Positions 1 through 7,965 of a stretch of DNA of 24,000 nucleotides are shown here, piece by piece. The notes under the pieces are model-generated. The model was not told the DNA's origin. It saw nothing but the letters and a program-made list of their open reading frames with translations, and searched no databases. A program made the translations under genes and the position numbers. The DNA lies in assembly GCA_011176545.1 (NCBI GenBank), contig DUEN01000064.1, forward strand, positions 4,623 through 28,622, given 5' to 3'. Source of the stretch: Caldilineae bacterium (lineage in GTDB: Bacteria; Chloroflexota; Anaerolineae; DUEN01). The stretch's first letter is position 1, and each line of letters starts with the position of its first letter.

Positions 1-722
1 AGGAAGTTCATCGGTGGATTGCCGATGAACTCGGCGACGAACAGGTTGGGAGGATGGTTGTAGATATCATCTGGCGTCATAAAGGCCTGAAGCTGCCCCT
101 GGTTCATGACCGCGATCCGGTCGGCCATGGTCATGGCCTCGACCTGATCGTGCGTCACATAAATGGCGGTGATGCCCAAGTCCCTCTGCAGGCGTTTGAT
201 CTCGCCGCGCATGCTCACCCGCAGCTTGGCGTCCAGGTTCGATAACGGCTCATCGAAGAGGAGGATATCTGGCTCCTTCACCAGAGCTCGGCATAAGGCT
301 ACCCGCTGCTGTTGCCCCCCTGATAGCTGAGCTGGCTTGCGATCCATCAGATCGCCGATCCGCATCATCTCGGCCACCTTCTGGGCTCGGCGTATCCGCT
401 CCTCCTTGGGCACCTTCTTCAGCTCAAGGGGGAAGGTGATGTTCTGGAGAACGGTCATATGGGGATACAGGGCATAACTCTGGAACACCATCCCGATGTT
501 ACGGTCCTTGGGCGGCAGCTCATTGACGATCCGATCTCCGAAATAGATGTACCCCGAGGTAGGCTTGTAGATCCCTGCCACCATGAGCAGGGTCGTCGTC
601 TTCCCACAGCCACTGGGGCCGAGCAAGGAGACGAACTCCCCATGCTCGATCTCCAGATTCAGATCGTTAACGGCCACGACGTTGCCGAACTCCTTACGCA
701 GGTCCTTCAGGAGAACTCGCAT
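1..722 (-). CDS. ABC transporter ATP-binding subunit, MalK/UgpC/MsmX-like (C-terminal part lies beyond the window edge)
   Basis: Absent from the ORF track because there is no stop inside the window. My minus-strand translation from ATG 722-720 reads MRVLLKDLRKEFGNVVAVNDLNLEIEHGEFVSLLGPSGCGKTT... It has Walker A GPSGCGKTT, signature LSGGQQQRVAL, Walker B ILLFDEPLSNLD and H-loop YVTHDQ. AAGGAG lies 9 nt upstream. It is the last gene of the SBP-permease-permease-ATPase operon. Confidence 0.9.
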   Translation of the reverse strand, partial: MRVLLKDLRKEFGNVVAVNDLNLEIEHGEFVSLLGPSGCGKTTTLLMVAGIYKPTSGYIYFGDRIVNELPPKDRNIGMVFQSYALYPHMTVLQNITFPLELKKVPKEERIRRAQKVAEMMRIGDLMDRKPAQLSGGQQQRVALCRALVKEPDILLFDEPLSNLDAKLRVSMRGEIKRLQRDLGITAIYVTHDQVEAMTMADRIAVMNQGQLQAFMTPDDIYNHPPNLFVAEFIGNPPMNF

Positions 723-735
723 CTTCACCAACTCC

Positions 736-1668
736 TTAGCCCTTTACGCCACCAAAGGACACGCTAAGCAATGATTTCTGCGTGAAGAGGAAGAACAACA
801 GAGGTGGGATCATATAGAACAAGGCCGCGGCCGACAGCAGGCCGTAATCCACGAACTTGAAATCCCCGATCAGCTGCTTAACGTAGAGCGACAGCGTGTA
901 ATTCTTCTGATCGAAGATAAAAGTGAAGAGATATAGGAACTCCGACCACCCGGCCAAGAAGGCGAAGATGGCGACGGAGGCGATGCCAGGGCGTATCACC
1001 GGCATGATCACCCGTCGCCAGGCCTGCAGCCGGGTGCAGCCATCCACGTAAGCGGCCCACTCGATGTCCCAAGGGATGTCATCAAAGAAGCCTTTCACGA
1101 TCCAGGCTGCCATGGGGATCTCCAGGGCCGATTTCACGAAGACGACTCCCCAGATGCTGTTCAAGCCGAAGATGGGGCCAATGACTGGGATCTTCCAGAT
1201 GGTGTAGAGGATGTAGTAGATGGCGATCAGGAGCGTCACACCAGGGAAGGCGTGCAGCAAGATCGTCAGACGGGTCAGTTGGGTGCGCCCCCGGAATTGC
1301 ATACGGGAGAGCGCGAAGCCGGACAACGTGCTCACCAAAACGACCAAGAACGTGACACCGAGGGCAAAGAGGAGGGTATTGACCACCACGGGCCATATGC
1401 TGCTATACGTCCGCGCTCCGATGGTGACCTTGCTCCAGAGGAATCGCCAGTTCTCGAAGGTGATATGTTCAGGGATAAACCCCAGAAGAACTCGGGTGCT
1501 GACGGATTGCATGAAGAGCCAGACGTACATCACCACGATGGGCACCGAGACGAGCGTAATGAGCACATAGGCTAGGAAACGTCCGACCCTTATCCGGATC
1601 CGCTCTCCCAGTGGCACCCTCGCGATGATCTCAGCGGAAGTCGGTGCTAACGTCTCTTGAGCTCCCAT
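736..1668 (-). CDS. Carbohydrate-type ABC transporter permease (MalG/UgpE-like, BPD_transp_1)
   Basis: Multi-TM protein with an EAA-loop-like segment (EWAAYVDGCTRLQAWRRVIMPVIRPG). The ORF-track start at 1716 is a GTG overlapping the upstream gene by 8 nt. I prefer ATG 1668, which is preceded by GGAGATTGGGG. The true start is either 1668 or 1716. Confidence 0.85.
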   Translation of the reverse strand: MGAQETLAPTSAEIIARVPLGERIRIRVGRFLAYVLITLVSVPIVVMYVWLFMQSVSTRVLLGFIPEHITFENWRFLWSKVTIGARTYSSIWPVVVNTLLFALGVTFLVVLVSTLSGFALSRMQFRGRTQLTRLTILLHAFPGVTLLIAIYYILYTIWKIPVIGPIFGLNSIWGVVFVKSALEIPMAAWIVKGFFDDIPWDIEWAAYVDGCTRLQAWRRVIMPVIRPGIASVAIFAFLAGWSEFLYLFTFIFDQKNYTLSLYVKQLIGDFKFVDYGLLSAAALFYMIPPLLFFLFTQKSLLSVSFGGVKG

Positions 1669-1708
1669 CCCCAATCTCCAATTTCTCTTTTCCAATCTCT
1701 CCCCCCAG

Positions 1709-2659
1709 TCATGCACCCACTTTGGTCGGCTCCATCATGCGCTCGAAGCCGAACAGGCGGAGCATGATCATGGTGAGGAGGATGCCGACAATGACCAGGA
1801 CTAGAGCGATCGAGGCGCCATAACCGAACTGCAGGCTGGAGAAGGCGCGATGATAGGCGTTCAATGCCCACACCTCGCTCTTATAGAAGGGGCCGCCATC
1901 TGTCAGCAGGAGGATGTAGTCATATGAGGCCAGCAATGAGAGCGTCTGCCAGATGGTCAGGAACATGATCGGCCATTTAAGCAACGGGATGATCAGACGG
2001 CGGACGATGGCTAGATCCGAGGCACCATCCACACGCGCCGCCCGAATGAGGTCAACGGGGATGGATTTGATGGCGGCGGAGAAGACGATCATCCCAAAGG
2101 AGGCCCCGATGACACCATTGACCAGGATGACGATGGGCATGGGATGCCGTGCTAACCACGCCTGAGGTGACATCCCAAAAGCCTGCCGGATCTGATTGAT
2201 CAGCCCGACCTCCGTAGGAGAGACGAACCATTGCCACATGAGCACGTAGATGACGGGCGGCGTCATGCGGGGAAGCAACCAGACCGAGCGGAAGACGAGG
2301 CCGACGTTCTCGTGTTCCACAAAGTAAGTTGTGAGAAGGGCCAGAATGAAACCAAAGGCTACGTTGAACAGACACGTAAAGACGACGTAGATCAGGGTGT
2401 TACGGGCGATCTTAGGGATGATCGGGTCGGAGAACAGTCGCCTAAAGTTCTCCAGGCCGACGAACTCCCATTGCATCTTGCTGTCCATGCCCGTAAAAGA
2501 CAGCGCGGTGGTCAGGATCACCGGCAGGAAAAAGTACGTGGTGACGAGAAAGAGGAAGGGGCCCAAAAACACGGCGTAAGCCGCCCAGCTTCGCAGGCGA
2601 GCGGGAAGCGAAGCAGTGCTCTCCTGTAACGTCTCTATGGTAGTCACTTCGCTGGTCAA
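1709..2659 (-). CDS. Carbohydrate-type ABC transporter permease (MalF/UgpA-like)
   Basis: 316-aa multi-TM protein with an EAA-like loop (LIRAARVDGASDLAIVRRLIIPLL). TTG start at 2659 is preceded by AAGGAGG at 6-nt spacing. Confidence 0.85.
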   Translation of the reverse strand: MTSEVTTIETLQESTASLPARLRSWAAYAVFLGPFLFLVTTYFFLPVILTTALSFTGMDSKMQWEFVGLENFRRLFSDPIIPKIARNTLIYVVFTCLFNVAFGFILALLTTYFVEHENVGLVFRSVWLLPRMTPPVIYVLMWQWFVSPTEVGLINQIRQAFGMSPQAWLARHPMPIVILVNGVIGASFGMIVFSAAIKSIPVDLIRAARVDGASDLAIVRRLIIPLLKWPIMFLTIWQTLSLLASYDYILLLTDGGPFYKSEVWALNAYHRAFSSLQFGYGASIALVLVIVGILLTMIMLRLFGFERMMEPTKVGA

Positions 2660-2682
2660 TCCAAGCCTCCTTGAACATGGAA

Positions 2683-2728
2683 CGCCTGTCCCCCCGCATC
2701 CGAGGGACGGGGAGCGGAGGGACAGGCG
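2683..2728 (-). promoter_or_regulatory. Intercistronic stem-loop between the SBP gene and the permease genes (candidate partial terminator or mRNA stabiliser)
   Basis: Arms 2683-2697 and 2714-2728 are 15 nt each, with a 16-nt loop. The plus-strand reading has one C/A mismatch (2693/2718). That position becomes a G-U wobble in the minus-sense transcript, so the stem is fully paired in the expressed sense. No U-run follows. Confidence 0.45.
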
Positions 2729-2774
2729 CGATCAAGAGCCTCTCATCGGGATCTGACCTGCCGGACGCGGCGAC

Positions 2775-4265
2775 CTATTCCACGATGATCAGCTCATCGC
2801 CGAGGGCCGCTTGCAGCTCGTTCTTCAAGAAGTCCAGAGCCTCCTCGGGTGTGAGCTCACCCAGCTCGACGCCCTGGATCGTGTTGTACCAGATGGTTAG
2901 GTAATCGTTCCACTGCGGATGCGCGGGCATGAAGCTGGTGTACTCCAGATACGGCGTCACGCTGCTGGTGAACTCGTCCTGCTTGTAAGCCTCTACCTCC
3001 AGCGCCGCCTTGCGCCAGGCCAGATGCCCGCTCTCCAGGGCGTGCTTAACCACCAGATCGGGGCTGGACGCCTCGGCGATGACCTGGAAGGCCAGATCCG
3101 GGGTCTGGCAGGACGAGGAGATCATGTAGACATAGGGGTTGGAGCTGGTCACCGGCTTGCCGCCCTTCTCAGCCGCCGGGTAGAGCATCACCCCGAAGAT
3201 CTTCTTCATGTCCTCCGTGGTCCACTTGCCCTGACCATAGTCCACCCGCTGGTACTCGGCCCAGTGCCAGGTGCCACCGAACCAGAAGAGGGTCTCGCCC
3301 TTGACGACCGCCGGATGGATGCCATCCCGCCAGCCGTAGCTGGTGATCTCGGGCGGGGTGACCTTGGCTACCTGGGCGATGTTGTAGTGGAACTCCAGGT
3401 TGCCCAGCGCGGCGGTCTCATCCAGCACCAGCTTGCCGGTCTCCGGATCCTGGAGGACGCCACCGTAGGCCAAGTACGGATGGAGGAAGGTGTTGCCCTT
3501 GCTAGGCCGATGGTAGATACCCCACTTGGTGACGCCTTTCTCCACCGATTCCTGAGCCACGGCGATCAGGTCATCCAGCGTGAACTCGCCATCCATGACC
3601 TTCTGGGGCAGCGCCTCGATCTCCTCATCGCTCCAGCCGAGTTCCTTCAGCTTATCCTTGCGATAGAAGACCACGCGGACTTCGGTGTCCTGGAGGACGC
3701 CATAGCGCTTCCCCTTCCAGGTCACAGCCTTCCACAGGGCCTCAAAAGTGTCACCGAAGACGTCCGGATACTGCTCGATATACTCGTCGAGGGGGATGAT
3801 GTAGCCGGCCTCCACCCACTCCGGAATCTCCGTGTAGGAGGATGTCCGGATGCAGGGAGCCGTGCCCGCCTGAGAAGCCAGGACGAATCGCTGGCGGAAG
3901 CCGTCCATATCCCCTGCGGTCTCGAACTCGGAGACCTCTAAGATGATGCGGATGTCCTTCCCTTCCGCCTTGAACTTCTTGTTCAGCCGGCCGGCGGCCT
4001 CCTGCAGGTTCGTGACCCGCGTGATATCAGAGGGGCCACCATACCCCATCGCCTTGATCACGATATCACCGGGTCGCACCGCGGGCGTCGGCGTGACCAC
4101 GACCTCGACCGGCTTCTCGACAACCTTCTCCACGACCTTCGTGACCACTACGGTCTTCTCGACGACCTTTTCGACCACCTGCGGCGTCGGCGTCGCGCAG
4201 GCCGTCACCAAACTCAGGGTCACTACCATCGCGAGGACAGCCCAAAACCATGTACGCTTCATCAT
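2775..4265 (-). CDS. ABC transporter extracellular solute-binding lipoprotein (sugar-type, SBP family 1-like)
   Basis: Signal peptide plus lipobox (MMKRTWFWAVLAMVVTLSLVTAC). A VVEK-repeat linker follows, then a ~430-aa alpha/beta SBP-like body. GGGAGGTG RBS. First gene of the ABC operon. Confidence 0.85.
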   Translation of the reverse strand: MMKRTWFWAVLAMVVTLSLVTACATPTPQVVEKVVEKTVVVTKVVEKVVEKPVEVVVTPTPAVRPGDIVIKAMGYGGPSDITRVTNLQEAAGRLNKKFKAEGKDIRIILEVSEFETAGDMDGFRQRFVLASQAGTAPCIRTSSYTEIPEWVEAGYIIPLDEYIEQYPDVFGDTFEALWKAVTWKGKRYGVLQDTEVRVVFYRKDKLKELGWSDEEIEALPQKVMDGEFTLDDLIAVAQESVEKGVTKWGIYHRPSKGNTFLHPYLAYGGVLQDPETGKLVLDETAALGNLEFHYNIAQVAKVTPPEITSYGWRDGIHPAVVKGETLFWFGGTWHWAEYQRVDYGQGKWTTEDMKKIFGVMLYPAAEKGGKPVTSSNPYVYMISSSCQTPDLAFQVIAEASSPDLVVKHALESGHLAWRKAALEVEAYKQDEFTSSVTPYLEYTSFMPAHPQWNDYLTIWYNTIQGVELGELTPEEALDFLKNELQAALGDELIIVE

Positions 4266-4481
4266 TGATCACCTCCCTGGTGCCATCTGACGTGAACCAC
4301 GCGTAGCGGCTTCACAGGATAACCACAGAGGGAGCCTCCTACCACACAAGGCTTCTCCCGCGGGACGAAACGGACCATCTACCCTCCAACATCACCCCCT
4401 TTCCTCAGCATAGCCTCTGACTGGGGAAGTTACCAAGCTGAAATTCATCGTCATTGGTCTGCTCGACTTTTCAGAGAGCGA

Positions 4482-4716
4482 CTTGCTCATAAGCTTGGAA
4501 TAGCTGGCAAGAAAGCACAATAACACACGCTATTATGGTCCGAGGATAAGATACCCTCATCTACTCCTGGGTAGGGACGCAGCGCTGCTGCGCCCCTACA
4601 TTTCAATCAGGTCAATCAGGATGTTACCGGGACAACGCGTGCATTGCCTCCATCCGGGCTGAATGCCGCTTAAGGGCCTCATGGCCATAGTTTCTTGTCT
4701 AGCCAATATGAGCGAA
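4482..4716. repeat. MITE-like element copy 1 (235 bp), flanked by 4-bp direct repeat GCGA
   Basis: The right end at 4693-4716 is the reverse complement of cTTCGCTCATATTGGCtagacaaga. The left end at 4482-4504 is a degenerate copy (CTTGCTCATAagcTTGGAATAGC). Inside are palindrome GTAGGGACGCAGC/GCTGCGCCCCTAC (4571-4599), tandem TCAATCAGG x2 (4603-4620) and motif CGGGACAACGCGTGCATTGCCTCC (4627-4651). GCGA occurs at 4478-4481 and again at 4717-4720. Confidence 0.5.
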
Positions 4717-4875
4717 GCGACCTATGGGACGATCGAGATAGAAGTCAGATCTGAATACTCCCCTGAAGGCAACGAAGGTGGATCTGCCAACGGAAGAGAA
4801 AAACTCATAAGTATTCTGAGAAGCGCGCAAACCACGCTCCTATTCTACCAGAATCACCCCTCTTGTCAAAACGGA

Positions 4876-4976
4876 TTCGCTCATATCGGCATACACGACA
4901 AAAGGAGCACGCAAGCACTGCCCTGGAATAGGCGACAAGGGCCTCCACCAAGGGCGCACGGCCGTACGCCCCTACA
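4876..4976 (+). repeat. One-ended (partial) copy of the same repeat family
   Basis: TTCGCTCATATCGGCATACACGACA at 4876-4900 matches the 14295 copy at 24/25. ATAGGCGA lies at 4928-4935. GGGCGCACGGCCGTACGCCCCTACA at 4952-4976 matches the right part of the 14366-14395 palindrome at 24/25. I found no matching right terminal repeat. Confidence 0.5.
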
Positions 4977-5058
4977 CAGGATTGGCATGGTCTCTGCGGT
5001 GAAATGTAGGGTTTGGAAAGGAGGCCCATTATGATCGACAACGCGCATAGGCGACAGC

Positions 5059-6426
5059 CTAATCCTGCTCGGAGCGTTCCTCCCCCTCCATATCGGAGCG
5101 GAGAGGGGGACGCAACCACTCCGCGCTGGGCCGCCCATAGCGGACATAAGCGCTCATCCCGGTGGCCAGGAGGATAGCACCTGCCACGCCGATCAGGACC
5201 GGAGGGATGCCCAGCCAGTCCGCCAGCCCGCCGATAGCCAGCATGGGAGGGATGCCCACCAGATTGTTGAGCATGTACTGGACGGCGAAGACGCGCCCGC
5301 GTAGTGGCGTGGGCGTCTCCTCCTGCACGATGGTCTGCGCGAGGATGTTAGCCGAGGACATGGTGAGGCCCAAAAGGAAGCTCAACCCCACGACGGAGAG
5401 GATTAGTCCCAGATCGGCCGGCGGGATGGGCGCCTCGATCCGCACATGACGAGCCTGGAACGAGTAGCTCAGGATGCCCAGGGCCGCGAAGGCAAAACCA
5501 GCCACCATCAGTGCCAGATGTCCCAACACGTCCTTACGCAGACGGTATCCCCATCGCCCCAGGGCCCCTGTGGCTAACAGCATCCCCACTCCAGCCGGCG
5601 CGAAGACGAGGACCGCGTCCTCCGGCGCCATGCCCAGGACGCGAGCCGCGAACCCTGGGGCCAGCATGGCCAAGATCATGATCAGCGTGGCAATGGTCGC
5701 CAGGTGGGCCATGGCCACCGCCACGTTGCGCTCACGCAGCACGAAGGCCCATCCCTCTTTGAGATCCTGACGCATCTGCCCCCATCCAGCCATCACCTTA
5801 CCGTTCACATGCGGGCGCGTCCGCTCTCCAGGGATGCGGACGACCGAGAGGGTGGCCAGCGCGTACATGAGCGCGATGATGATGAAGCTGCCCTGCATCC
5901 CCGCCAGCTTCACGATCAACGGCCCCAGAATGATCAGCCCGACGACCTGGGAGATGGCCAAGGTCAGGTTGAACAGGGCGTTCGCGGCGACCAGATTACG
6001 TCGCCCCACCAGCAGAGGGATCGTGGCTGCCTCGGCCGGGCTGAAGAACTGCCCCACGGAGGAGGCCGTGAAGGCGATGGCGTACACCGACAACAGGAGG
6101 GACCACCCCTGCCATCGCCCCAGCACGAGGAAATATCCCAACGTAAGGATGACCCGCAGCGCGTTGGAGACCAGGAGCACCCACTTCTTGGATACCCGAT
6201 CCACGAGGATGCCAGCAACGGGGCTGACCAGGATGCCGGGGAGGGTGAAGGCGAGGATCATGATCCCCAGATGGGTGCTGGAGCCGGTGACGCGCTCGAT
6301 CAGCACCATCTGGATGAAGTTGATGCTGTTCTGAGCCGTTTGGGCCAGCGCCTGGGCGATCCACAGGGCGCGAAACGGGGGGTTGGCGAGAACAGGGCCG
6401 AAGCCCCTTTCAGCATGAGAGGCCAT
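5059..6426 (-). CDS. MFS transporter (MFS_3 / EntS-like clade)
   Basis: 455 aa with about 12 predicted hydrophobic spans. N-terminal FRALWIAQALAQTAQNSINF... and D-R-x-S-K-K (LVDRVSKKW) after TM2 are typical of this MFS clade. ATG start with GAGG upstream. Confidence 0.8.
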   Translation of the reverse strand: MASHAERGFGPVLANPPFRALWIAQALAQTAQNSINFIQMVLIERVTGSSTHLGIMILAFTLPGILVSPVAGILVDRVSKKWVLLVSNALRVILTLGYFLVLGRWQGWSLLLSVYAIAFTASSVGQFFSPAEAATIPLLVGRRNLVAANALFNLTLAISQVVGLIILGPLIVKLAGMQGSFIIIALMYALATLSVVRIPGERTRPHVNGKVMAGWGQMRQDLKEGWAFVLRERNVAVAMAHLATIATLIMILAMLAPGFAARVLGMAPEDAVLVFAPAGVGMLLATGALGRWGYRLRKDVLGHLALMVAGFAFAALGILSYSFQARHVRIEAPIPPADLGLILSVVGLSFLLGLTMSSANILAQTIVQEETPTPLRGRVFAVQYMLNNLVGIPPMLAIGGLADWLGIPPVLIGVAGAILLATGMSAYVRYGRPSAEWLRPPLRSDMEGEERSEQD

Positions 6427-6441
6427 AGCTAGAGCCTCGAA

Positions 6442-6678
6442 CTATGACTCATCCACGGAGGAGGACCCAGAAAGCGCCCCTGGCGCTGGCGCACCACGGC
6501 GCACGAAAGCCTTCACCTGGCGCAGAAACTTACGACGAGGCAAGAGCACACGCCGTCCGCATTGGCAGCATCGGATGCCGATATCGGCGCCCAGGCGCAC
6601 CACCTCCCACTCGTAACTGCCGCACGGGTGTGGTTTACGTAATCGCACCACGTCGCCGATCCGGATGTCAACGGTCAT
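6442..6678 (-). CDS. DUF951-family small protein
   Basis: [44 protein letters not shown] matches the family pattern KKPHPCG..W.i.R.GADI.I.C..CG..V..PR..F. GAGGGA RBS. 15-nt gaps to both neighbours. Confidence 0.8.
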   Translation of the reverse strand: MTVDIRIGDVVRLRKPHPCGSYEWEVVRLGADIGIRCCQCGRRVLLPRRKFLRQVKAFVRRGAPAPGALSGSSSVDES

Positions 6679-6693
6679 GGGTCCCTCGCCGCG

Positions 6694-7965
6694 TTAGAGA
6701 GGCCTCAGATAGCGAAGCCAGATGTATAGCGTCGAGATCACCATCGCCATGATGGTGGTGGGCACCCCGTAACGCAGGAAATCACGGAACTTCATAGGAT
6801 AGCCGCTTCGCTCCGCCAGGCTGGCGATGACCACGTTCGCGGAGGCCCCCACCAACGTCGCGTTCCCGCCGAGATCAGCCCCCAGGGCCAGGGCCCACCA
6901 CAACGGATCAATGGGCATGGACCGTCCCAGGCTCTGGATAAAGGGGATCATCGTCGCCGTATAGGGGATGTTATCGATGATCCCGGAAGCCAAGGCCGAA
7001 AGCCACAGGATGATGAAAGCGGCTATCTGGACATCGTTCCCTACCAATCGAACGGCGGCCTCCGCCACCTTATCGATCAATCCTACGGCGACTACGCCCT
7101 CCACAGCCATAAAAAGCCCGATGAAGAAGAACAACGTGGGCCATTCGACCTCGTTTAGCACGTGGTGAAGATCCTGCCGAGTCCATATGAGCAAGATGGT
7201 CGCCCCGGTCAAAGCGATGGTCGCCGGCTCCAGATGCAGCGCGCCATGGAGGAGAAAGCCCACGATGGTGCCTCCCAAGACGATGAGGGCCCGTCGGAGC
7301 AATGTCGGCTGTGTGATCAACATGCTTGTATCGACTTCCCGCAGCCCGGTCGCACGCCCGGCGGGCATCTTCAGATCCCGATAGAACAGGAGGCGCGCTA
7401 ACCCGATGAAGGCGATAAGGATCAGAAAGGAGATCGGCCCCATGTGCCAGAGGAACGTGGCAAAGTCGATCTTCGCCGCGCTGCCGATCAGGATGTTGGG
7501 CGGATCACCGATCAGCGTGGCCGCGCCGCCGATATTGGAGGCCAGGACCTCGGCGATCAGATAGGGCAGCGGGCTGACGCCCAGATTGGATGCGATGAAG
7601 AGGGTGATCGGGCCGACGAGGATGACGACGGTGACGTTATCCAGCAAGGCAGAACTTATGGCGGTGATAACGGACAGGATCGCCATGATGCGAAACGGGC
7701 TGCCCTGCGCCAGGGTGACCGCATGAACGGCCACCCACTGAAAGACGCCCGTCTCGCGCAACACGTTCGCGATGATCATCATGCCTGTTAAGAGGAAGAT
7801 CACGTTGAAGTCGATGGCCTCGAACGCCTGGTGCTGCTCCAGGATACCTAGCCAGACCATGGTGAGGCCCCCCAACAGGGCGGCCAGGGTGCGAGGCACC
7901 CGCTCGCTGACGATCAGGGCATAGGTGACGAAAAAGACGATCCCAGCGATGAGCACATCGTTCAT
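6694..7965 (-). CDS. ArsB/NhaD-superfamily (CitMHS/SLC13-like) ion/anion permease
   Basis: 423-aa polytopic protein with the duplicated hairpin motifs of this superfamily (SNIGGAATLIGDPPN and ADLGGNATLVGASAN). Its ATG overlaps the upstream stop (ATGA at 7962-7965). Confidence 0.8.
   Translation of the reverse strand: MNDVLIAGIVFFVTYALIVSERVPRTLAALLGGLTMVWLGILEQHQAFEAIDFNVIFLLTGMMIIANVLRETGVFQWVAVHAVTLAQGSPFRIMAILSVITAISSALLDNVTVVILVGPITLFIASNLGVSPLPYLIAEVLASNIGGAATLIGDPPNILIGSAAKIDFATFLWHMGPISFLILIAFIGLARLLFYRDLKMPAGRATGLREVDTSMLITQPTLLRRALIVLGGTIVGFLLHGALHLEPATIALTGATILLIWTRQDLHHVLNEVEWPTLFFFIGLFMAVEGVVAVGLIDKVAEAAVRLVGNDVQIAAFIILWLSALASGIIDNIPYTATMIPFIQSLGRSMPIDPLWWALALGADLGGNATLVGASANVVIASLAERSGYPMKFRDFLRYGVPTTIMAMVISTLYIWLRYLRPL

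Noticed and set aside
2919-3941. 340-aa plus-strand ORF
   Set aside because: It is antisense to the SBP gene, has an arginine/glycine/leucine-rich composition, and has no RBS. The same reasoning applies to the other long antisense ORFs: 5704-6432, 8118-8864, 10806-11570, 11889-12407, 15436-16278, 18425-19120, 18486-19166, 21109-21678 and 22073-22672.
4663-5034. 123-aa plus-strand ORF in the long intergenic region
   Set aside because: It reads straight through repeat-family modules (motif copies at 4693-4716 and 4876-4900, palindrome at 4952-4976). It has no RBS and no recognisable fold or motif, so it is most likely a by-product of repeat sequence.
5031-5177. 48-codon plus-strand ORF preceded by a strong AAAGGAGG Shine-Dalgarno-like sequence
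   Set aside because: It is mostly antisense to the 3' end of the MFS gene, with a proline/arginine-rich product. I cannot support it without expression or conservation data.
6694-7965. Calling the ArsB/NhaD-superfamily permeases arsenite efflux pumps (arsB)
   Set aside because: No arsR, arsC or arsA is nearby. The sequence features are superfamily-level only, so a generic permease call is safer.
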